64,000 nucleotides of DNA from the NCBI RefSeq assembly GCF_009914755.1, contig NC_060937.1; one strand, 5' to 3'. Below the pieces are notes generated by a model. The model was not told where the DNA came from and ran no database searches. It saw only the letters and a program-made list of their open reading frames with translations. How positions within the stretch are numbered: position 1 is the first letter of the stretch; each line of letters opens with the position of its first letter. Shown here piece by piece: positions 54,646-64,000 of the stretch. The translations under genes and the position numbers were made by a program. The DNA comes from the human T2T-CHM13v2.0 reference genome, Homo sapiens.

Positions 54646-57600
54646 GAATTTCTAATGGTAGGTTTTTCAGGCCTCAGTAGGGATTCGCCGTTGGGATGAA
54701 GTCTCTCCCATTACTCCTTCAGTCAAACCACTTCCAGTTCCCAATTTCTTGGTTGTCTCCAGGAGCCCAGTTCCTAAACACACCTGAAAATAAAATAGAT
54801 TACCACTAACATCACTCCTGCGCCCTCTCCCAGCTGCCACTGTGTTCACATCCCTACTGTCCTTTTCTATTGAAATCAGATAAGAATTATGTCCACAGTA
54901 ACTTAAGCCACAGAGATTTCAAGAGCTTTGTTAAATGACAAAATTTCCTAAGCCTATACAAATTTGCAGGAGAGCAAAGAAGATAAATTTTGTCACTCTT
55001 GTTCAGAATTCTAAGCTACTATAAATAATTTCCCATGCAAATCACGTTTTGTGGCAGAAGGAAAAAACCAGCAACCTTAATACATATTTCTAAAATAGCT
55101 CATTATGCTTCTAAGAAAAAAACTTAGAATATAAATTTAATTATTCAAATTCAATATAATTTAATTAAATGTAATTGAATTAAATTGCTTTCTAAGGTAT
55201 TCTTTCTGTAAGCCACTTGAACCAAGAAAGCCACCTGGTTTTATTTAAAGCCAATGGTAAGAACTTTCTGAGACAAGGAGAAACCTCTGTAACTCAGACC
55301 CTTGTACAAAAGAATTAAAGAAATTAAAACCGGGAACCAGGTTTCAGTAACTGCAGGAGGGTTCTCCTTCCTGCCAGGGCCTGGAGTGAGGATCAGTTAC
55401 TGTAACCAAGAAACCTCAGACTGTTACCTGGTCCCCAGCGATAGCACAACATGTGGCCTGGGCCCATCAGATAGCACACACTTGAGGGTTATTACAAGAG
55501 GAGCGAAGCACCCCACACCCTCCACCTCCCCTCACTCACCCTCCTACTCCCAAGAAAACACCAGGAGGTTTTGGAAGCAGGGTTAATCTTGCATTGAAAA
55601 AAAAACACAAAGCAGATGGGGCTGAGTTAGTCTGACTACCACATCTCAAAGAAGATTATCTGCCTAACACGGTAAGCAAGAAAGGGGAGTCATGAAGAAG
55701 TCAAAAGCCAAAACCAGGGGTGAATTTCTGCATAGATCATTTTTCACTGTCTTCCTTTTCCACTGTAAGACACTGCAATTCTTTGCCGCATCTCAAAAGA
55801 GGAGACTCTTCTGGTGGCTCACTCTAAAATCTAGTTCATGGGGATTACTCAGGCATATTTATAAACCCAATGGCTGCAAAATTACAAATATTAGTGCTCT
55901 CACTTAGAAAAAAAACAGCCTTGGTCTAGAGTAATTAAAACATAAAAACATTACTCTCCATGCTCTGAGACCCTTAATGGGGTAATTTGTGGCCTCGCCA
56001 AAAATTTGAAAGGTGGGCTTCCATGGCCCACTATAACCTAGAGCTCTAGACCAACATAGCCTCACCCAGAATCTTTGTACATCCTAACAACCAGACACTG
56101 ACACTGAGCTCACAACAGCAGAAATAATAGCAATGGTAATAAAGCAGGTTTTACAGAATAGCTGAGAAAGCCACACAAGTCCACATAAAGCAGTTAAGTC
56201 CCTAACTGTGATAAATCTAAAAACTTGGTTTGCTGTTAGTTGTTGGTTGGACAGGGTTTGAGGGCAAGCAAGAGGGAAGGCATAAGCCCAGAATCACATC
56301 TAAGTTCTTCCATTGCTACTGCCCTGCCTCAGGCATAAAGCACAATAGTCTGATGAAACCTGCTCCTCTTTTTACCTTTGCCATGTTAAGTTCTCTCTCC
56401 TAAGCTGGGAGATTCTTAACTACGCCAGTATCACCAGCAAATCAAGCACTATCACAAGCACCATCAGGCTGAAGTTAAGGGATGAGGCTGAACCTTATAC
56501 CACCTTCCATCTGTGCTTGCCTTTACTACGAGAAAAATTTTAAATGAATATCCCACAGAGAAGACAAAAAAGATGGCACCTCAGTTTTAAAGTGCCTTCT
56601 TCACTTACTTTCCTAACTTAGGAGAGGTTTTCAGTCATCCATTTCACAAACCAAAGAGCTAAATCAGTCATGAATTGCTAATAGTAGAAATGAAGCAGGG
56701 AAAGAATTGCCTCATCCACTTTTTTTGCACAAAGGTTCTGCTATGAAATTTTCTTGAATGAACGTATGAATGAATGGCCCATTACTCTACTACTATGGAT
56801 TAGCAAAAAATAATAATTTGAAACAACCGGGGTATCTAGTTAAAGGGTACACCAGGACTTCCTTATACTATCCTTGACTTTTCATATAAGTCTGAAATTA
56901 AATAAAAGTTCCAAAAAACAGAATGGGAAGAAAATAACTTGCCCTCTGTGTAGGGTAGGGTCCCATTGGAGATTAGCACTAAAGGAACTTTCTACAAACT
57001 TTCAAAAACAAAATCTGTGTCCCCATGCGGTAGCAGGAAAAGAGGACTCCCTGTGAGAAATGAGAAAGGAAGAGGCGATTCTGTGTGAACAGGAAGTGGG
57101 AACGTCTGCGTTGGCTGGGCAGCCTCCAGTGCGGGGAAGGGGGCATCGCACCTAAGAGAAAGCGAGCCGGTGCTTAACTGTGGAGGGGACCGCAATGGGA
57201 GAAATTAGAAGAGAGGAGCAGCCAGGCGCACAGGGTCAGTTGTGCAGGGCAGAGCAGGAAGAGAGGCATATGGAATGTGGATTGGGATTTTAATGGAAAA
57301 CTATATGCAGTTCTTTGTGGCCTAAGCTGTATTACTCAATTACATTGATAATATTGACTACATTGATATTATTAATAAGTTATACTATTACCATAATATT
57401 GCACACAGTTGTCAACTGTTCTCTAGGTTCCTAACAGCTGTGCCTAATAAGCCTGTACAGCCTTTCTCCAGCCTTAAATGAAGACAGACACTAGATACAG
57501 GCTAAGACAGCTTTTAACATATACTAGCTGTCTGCAGTGACTAGACCCAGGATCTGAGGCCTATGATAAATTCCTAGGCCAAAGAATCTGGGATTTTTTT

Positions 57601-58739
57601 CAGAAATCAGCCAAGCTTTCCAAAAGCACTGTCAGGACCAAATATCAGCTGCACTAAGCATCACAGGGACGTGGAATGGTAACAACAAAAGTGCCTTTGT
57701 AGCTGAATGAAACAGAACCTGGTCTGGTTACTGTATTCTATACCAAAGCCTTTGAAGATGACAAATTTAAATTCCACAAGGTCTTTCCAGTTTAGTGAAC
57801 ATAGAGAGTTTCCCTGGAAATATATATTTTTTTCCTGTAAACGGAGTGCCAAATGTTTTGATCATTTTTAGAATATATATGTAAAAAATACTTTTGAAAG
57901 TGCAATTGTGAGATGTTTCGCCATACAAACTAACAACAGGCAATTCAGCTTCCCTGGCTATCCAATCCTTGCTTGTTTGACATTGTTTGGGCACATTAAA
58001 TGGTACTGATAAAGTTGTTTGAGAGTTTGTCTTTTAAAGCAACAAATCTTACTGGAAAACATTATCAAAGTAAGGTTACATACTAAATATGCAAAAGTAT
58101 TATAAAGATACATTAATATCTTTAAAAAAGATAAGTAATATTAGTTTATACATTAACTGAGGGGAAAAAAGATATTATGTCTGTAATGATTCAACTAGGT
58201 GTGGCCCAGACTTGGCTAAAAAACCAGCTCCCAGTCACCCAGAGCAAAGAAATGAGCAACCTAGAAGTCATTTCTGGATGGATTTATGTTTGGGGGCAAC
58301 AAACTCCTCCCCCACCAATTCTATTTTCTCAGCTAAAATAAATTTAATGGAGAGTACACCTGCTGGGGTGGCTGCCCCGCACCTCCCTTTCCCTGTAACG
58401 TGTTGTTTTTCTGAGATGTCCTCTTTCCCTTCCCCCAGTGGCAATCAGGGTCATTCATGCCAGGTCTGATGCAAGGCCCCCCAGGACAGGCCTTCCCTGG
58501 AGGCCAAGGAGCAGCTCCTCGCCCTGAGGAAAGACAGTGGCCCTGAGGAGCCATGCGTACAGCAGCGGGGATCCGAGAAGCCACATTCCTACAGATGACC
58601 CCATGACTTGGTATCGGACCCAATGTGGATCACCTCCCTGGGGGATTAGAGCAGCCTGAGAGAAGGACCAGTTTCTTGCCAAGTAGCTGGTCTCTCAGAC
58701 AGCGAATTCCTACCATGTAGACTAGAAGCAAAGAAAGTC

Positions 58740-58948
58740 AATCTCCAGGCAGAGGACCCAAAAACTCTAGAGAGCAGCCGAGATAAGAGAGGATCTTGAA
58801 GGCTGGGACCCCCTCAATACACTCAGCTGGACCCCCACCCTTTAGTTCTTGGAGACATACTGTGTCCTTACAACATATATCCCTTTTTTCCTTTAATTAC
58901 TTGGAATGAGTTTCTGTCACTTGCAACCAAGAGTCCAAATTAACACAT
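58740..58948 (+). mobile_element. Old MaLR LTR 3' part (MLT1K/L-like)
   Basis: TTTCTGTCACTTGCAACCAAGAGTCCAAATTAACACA terminus. Confidence 0.55.
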
Positions 58949-59845
58949 CTAATTTCTAGCATACAGACAAGAAAAAATAAGTAGTAGTCTCAAAATGTTA
59001 CGAGTTGACATATTGGGCCTGAAATCTTACAGCACAAAACAGGTAACCACTGAATAGGGGGAAAATGGTATTCTTAAATCTTAATTTTGAGACAATTACC
59101 CTGCCACTAAGGCACGGTAAGTCCTGGGTGAGCTGAGGACCAGATCTTCATTGCGCCTCTGATTTCTTTACTAAGCCACTGACTCAGGGACAACCTTGCA
59201 TTTGGAGGATTTCCACATCTTGCTGTTGTGCAATATTTCCCAAATAAAAGAATAATATTTAACACCTAAAGGTTTCCATAACACTGATTTGCTGCTTTAA
59301 AAAAGAAAAAGCAAATGCAACTTATAAAGATTAAAAATACAAATTATAAATTTACAAGTGGAACAGCTTCAAAGCTGTTTGAAACAATAACAATCCCTTC
59401 CTTAAAGAAAAGCAATTTCAAAAGCATAGATAAGCAATCCAGGAGTGCCACACCAGCTTACAACACAGAGATCAGCAGGCACTCGCCTTGGACAGTAAAC
59501 TAATTGACACACATTTAACTGAGTTTGAACATACTGTCATTCCCATTTATTTTTCTTATACTGATAATACACTGTAATAATACACTGTAATTCTGTTATG
59601 TTGAAAACTGATTGTATACTGATTGAGACCTAGATTTACAATCCTAGAATAATTACATAACTTTTATTAGACAATATTTCAAAAGGCAAAAGACGGCCAA
59701 AACAGAGGGGGAAGGGTATTTATACAATATCTCTCTCAAACTGTACATGACCAACAAACCAAGAAAAATATGAAATGTCCCAACTTCAAAAACACCCAGG
59801 CCTGGGTGGGGTGATTCTGACCCACAGTGTACTAACAGTACTTGA

Positions 59846-60144
<299 letters not shown>

Positions 60145-60619
60145 AAGAGTACTTGATATCTTGATACAAACAGTGCCAGGGGCCACAGAGCACAGTGAAG
60201 AACCAGATGAGACATCTGCTTGTGTCAGCAGGTCCCAGGACCCCCTGCCCTAATGCTGCACCTCTTCCCTCATCCTGCTCTATGTGCCCCATAGAGCCAG
60301 GGCCATTTACCAAGGGTTCCCCCCATCCACCCTCACCCAGTGGAGGCCTGGAAGCACCTGGTATGCTCAAATAAGGCCACACTGTAGAAGGTAACAGAGC
60401 CAAGGAAGGCAGGCTGGGTCATGCTGCCCTTCAAGCACTGCAAGGACTCCACCCCCTAAAGCACTCATAGGGCACATGTAGCAGCCACACACGAGCCCTG
60501 CTTTGGGGACATCTCTGCAGCACCCATGGCCCTTACCAAAGCCATCACTTCACTGGTGAATCCAGTGCAAACTCTGCATGTACACCCCACTTCACCTCTC
60601 AGAAGGTTGTGGCACCCCA

Positions 60620-61330
60620 GGAAGCCTCCTGGCTTTGGAAACACACTTCCCTTGGCTTCCCTGACACCTGACCTCCTGGAGGCTTCTTATCTCTCTGGCC
60701 TTGGCCCAGTCTCCTGTGAGGTCCTCTCTCCACTACCCGTCCTGTAAATGGTGAGGGACCCACTCCTCATCTCCTCTACACACTCACCACTAGAAATCAC
60801 ACCCACGACTGTGGCTTCAAGGCGGGCCATGGTAAATACACCATGACCAGAGATCCTGGCTCAAATGTCTGCAGTCGAGTCCAAGAATTTGCATTTTTAG
60901 CAAGCCCCCTGAGATGCTGGGTTCCTGAGCTCTGTATCAGCTGCCTACTCAACACCTCAATGGGCCTGTTCCAGGGACATCTCCACGGGTCCAGCTGTGG
61001 CATGCCGAGGTCATCTTTCTTCCCTCACCTGCTTGTTCTTCCACCCATGGATCAGCTGGGCATACAGGCATCATCCTTGATTCCTCTCCCCTCCCTCCTA
61101 CATCTAATCAATTACCCAACCCACTGAGTTTTAGATTTTGGACCTGTCTACTTCCTATCATTCCCGCAGCTATTTCCCAATGTTCCTCATCTGTATTATT
61201 CTAACAGTCCCTTCCAAGCCAACTCTTCACTGCAGCCAGAATGATCTTCCCAAAATACAAATGCAACCACATCACTGTTCTGTTTAAAATCCTTCAGAGG
61301 CTCTCAACCAACCTCAGGACAAAATACAAA
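60620..61330 (+). mobile_element. L2 fragment with an embedded MER5-like piece (about 60855-60920)
   Basis: CAGCTGCCTACTCAACACCTC, CATCCTTGATTCCTCTCCCTCC and CACTGCAGCCAGAATGATCTT (L2); AAGAATTTGCATTTTTAGCAAGCCCCCTGAGATGCTG (MER5). Confidence 0.72.
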
Positions 61331-61334
61331 CTTG

Positions 61335-61741
61335 TGTTTTTAATAAAGTTTTGTGATATAATTCACATACCACAAAACTCATCCAAAGCATACAATTCAG
61401 TCATTTTACTATATATCCACAAAGTCATGCAATCATCATAACAATCTAATTTTCACCACTCCAAAAGAAAGCTCACACCATCAGCAGTCACTCTCCATGC
61501 CCCTCCCTCCAGTCCCTGGCAACCACTCATCTACTTTCTGTCTCTATGCTATTCTGGACATCGCGTATAAATGGAATGCAACAATATGTGGCCTTTTACG
61601 TCTGGCTTCTTCCACTTCACATAATGTTATCAAGATTCATCCATACTGTGGCATGTGTCAGTACTCCACTCCTTTGAATGGCTGAATAATATTCTATTGG
61701 GTGGATATACTACACATCAGTTACAGACATTTGATTGTTTC

Positions 61742-61775
<34 letters not shown>

Positions 61776-62305
61776 AGATGGAGTCTTACTCTGTCTCCCA
61801 GGCTGGACTGCAGTGGCATGATCTCGGCTCACTGCAAACTCCGCCTCCAGGGTTCACGCCATTCTCCTGCCTCAGCCTCCTGAGTAGCTGGGACTACAGG
61901 CACCCGTCACCGCACCCAGCTAAATTTTTTTGTATTTTTTTAGTAGAGACGGGGTTTCACCGTGTTAGCCAGGATGGTCTCGATCTCCTGACCTCATGAT
62001 CCACCTGCCTCGGCCTCCCAAAGTGCTGGGATTACAGGCGTGAGCCACTGCGCCTGGCCCGATTATTTCTACTTTTTGGCTATTATCCATAATACTACTA
62101 AGAACACACAAGTACACATTTTTATGTGAACATATTTTCAATTCTTTTGGATATATAACTAGGAGTGGAACTGCTGGGTCATAGAACTAGGTCAAATAAC
62201 TCTATATTTAACTTTCTGAAGAAACGCCAAACTGTTTTCCAAGTGCCTGCACCATTTAACACCAGCAATGTATGACGGTTCAAATCTCTCCACGTCCTTA
62301 CCAAC
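61335..62305 (-). mobile_element. L1MB-type 3' region split by AluY
   Basis: GATATAATTCACATACCACAAAACTCA, CCCTGGCAACCACTCATCTACTTTCTGTCTCTATG, CTAGGAGTGGAACTGCTGGGTCAT. Confidence 0.88.
61745..62059 (-). mobile_element. AluY with a T30 tail
   Basis: GGTTCACGCCATTCTCC and CCGTGTTAGCCAGGATGGTCTCGATCTCC; TSD GATTRTTTCTACTTTTT. Confidence 0.96.
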
Positions 62306-62439
62306 ATAACAATAACAGACATGGTATCTTATAATATCTGTCTTTATAAGATGTCACTCCTTGGGTCTAGAGCAGGTACCTTTCTCATATCATCACAGGG
62401 CACCCCACACATCTGCAGTATCCTGTCTAGGGTATCTTT

Positions 62440-62610
62440 GGGTCCCTGATCCCACTATACTGGAACTGTCTGATCAGCTACTTAGGTCCTGACCAGACTG
62501 TAAGGTCTGCAAGGTCAGGGGCTGAGTCTGTCCCATTTACAGCTCTATCCTCAGGGTCTGGCAGAGTGGCTGGTGTGTAACAATACTCAGTGAATGCATG
62601 TTAAATAAAT
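62440..62610 (+). mobile_element. L2 3' end
   Basis: CCAGACTGTAAGGTC..GTCAGGGGCTGAGTCTG..ATACTCAGTGAATGCATGTTAAATAAAT. Confidence 0.72.
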
Positions 62611-63537
62611 AAGTTACCAAAATCAACAGATTATCCAGTCTGAGCCTTCACTTTCCCTTTACATGTTAATCCTACATTACCTGTAATAAAATAACTAGTG
62701 GATTTGACAGTAAATATGTTTTCACAGATACAAAAAAGCCCAAGGCAGTTTAATCCCTTGCCTTTTAAGGATCTCTCATCTTTATAAGCTAAAGCTGACT
62801 GAAAGTATACTCTACTGACAGCTGCTCTATAAATGTTTACTGAGATAAAACAGTGAGCCCAAGCTGTTTCATTCCATAGAACACCTAAGCATTTGTCAAT
62901 ATGGCAAGACACTGAGGGGAACAGGAGGGTCAAAAAGACAATGAAGGATGTCAAGGACTGCTGTACACTTTCTCCTCCCCCAAAAAAACATTTTATTTTA
63001 CTTTTCTGCATCTTTTAAAAAATATTATCTCCCTTATAGCCAAGATTCTCAAAGAGTCACACACACAACACTCCCTCACTGATAGAAATCTGCCTGTCTT
63101 AGAGACCCTCCTTGCCTAGCACTCCCTTGCCTTGACTAACAAGATGGGAGATGCACTGAATTAACTGGTCTTGCAACTTGCCATTACAGTTTTCTAGTGC
63201 CAAGCAAATCTGGAATGATCAGGTCTAGACCCATGGCAGACTGGGGAAGCCAGCGTCAAAGGGTATAAAGTCACAACAGAAGGTGTAGTATCAAAGTGAG
63301 GCAGCCTCACAGGAAGGGGAGCTCACTGGGGGCCTGAGTATCCCAGTGAGGTTTCCCTGGCCCTCTCCCCACCCCCACTGCTCCCAGGCGACCTTCCTTT
63401 TCCTTCTCACCACATCACTCTCATTTTCCACCTCCATGCCTTTCTATCCCATTCCGGTACTGTTTGGTTGTCTGTAAATGTTTTCTAATTTTCCTATAAT
63501 AAACATGTATTGCTCATGTAATAAGAGAGGAAAAAGC

Positions 63538-63855
63538 TTTTTGTTTTTTGTTTTTGGTTTTGTTTTTTTTTTTGAGACACGGTCTCACTCTGCTGCCCAG
63601 ACTGAAGTACAATGGCGCCATCATAGCTCACCGCAGCCTCTAACTCCTAAGCTCAAGTGATCCTCCCACCTCAACCTCCCAATTAGCTGGAATCACAGTC
63701 ACATGCCACCATGCCTGGCTAATTTTTTTATGTTTTGTAGAGACGGGCTCTCGCTATGTTGCTTAGGCTGGTCTCGAACTCCTGAGCCCAAGTGGTCCTC
63801 CCACCTTGGTCTCTGAAAATGCTGGAATTGCAGGCATGAGCCACCATGCCCATCC
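63538..63855 (-). mobile_element. AluJ-type SINE
   Basis: Reverse dimer with CATAGCTCACCGCAGCCTC and CTCAAGTGATCCTCCCACC. Confidence 0.94.
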
Positions 63856-64000
63856 CTAGTTCATTGTAAAATGTACCAAAGAAAGGTCCCCTAAGAGCAT
63901 CTGACAAGCCAACTTCTTATAAATCTAACTCAGTAGGAATTGTGCCATCTTTAAGTGATTTTAAACTTAAAAATAAATAAAACTTGTATAAAGTTTACAT

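Noticed and set aside
53978-54655. ORFs of 107 and 132 aa
   Set aside because: Derived from an L1 ORF2 fragment and an Alu.

Overview
Primate, very probably human, genomic DNA (AluY, AluS, AluJ, L1PA/L1M, MIR, L2, MaLR/ERVL LTRs, hAT MERs). Almost all of it is intron. The only credible coding segment is a 54-codon minus-strand exon (ATG at 17416, donor CTG|GTAAAT at 17255/17254) encoding MGCTTSVILFKGIRTVFERNCAYMCKQQGENNALEYTAYNWTKEDSELLISSWL. From memory this matches the N-terminus of mouse Dock9 (zizimin-1), which continues into the common exon AKPKLIEPLDYEN. I therefore read the window as the long 5' intron region of DOCK9 (13q32.3, minus strand) carrying an internal alternative first exon. 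The window also has a processed U6 snRNA pseudogene (27038-27146), about 22 Alus, many older transposon fragments and several simple repeats. The other ORFs in the track are repeat-derived or chance frames. I see no wholly new multi-gene system. The best lead is the alternative exon: its MGCxxS start is a myristoylation/palmitoylation signature, and it sits behind stacked uORFs. Repeat subfamily names and boundaries are by-eye calls and approximate.
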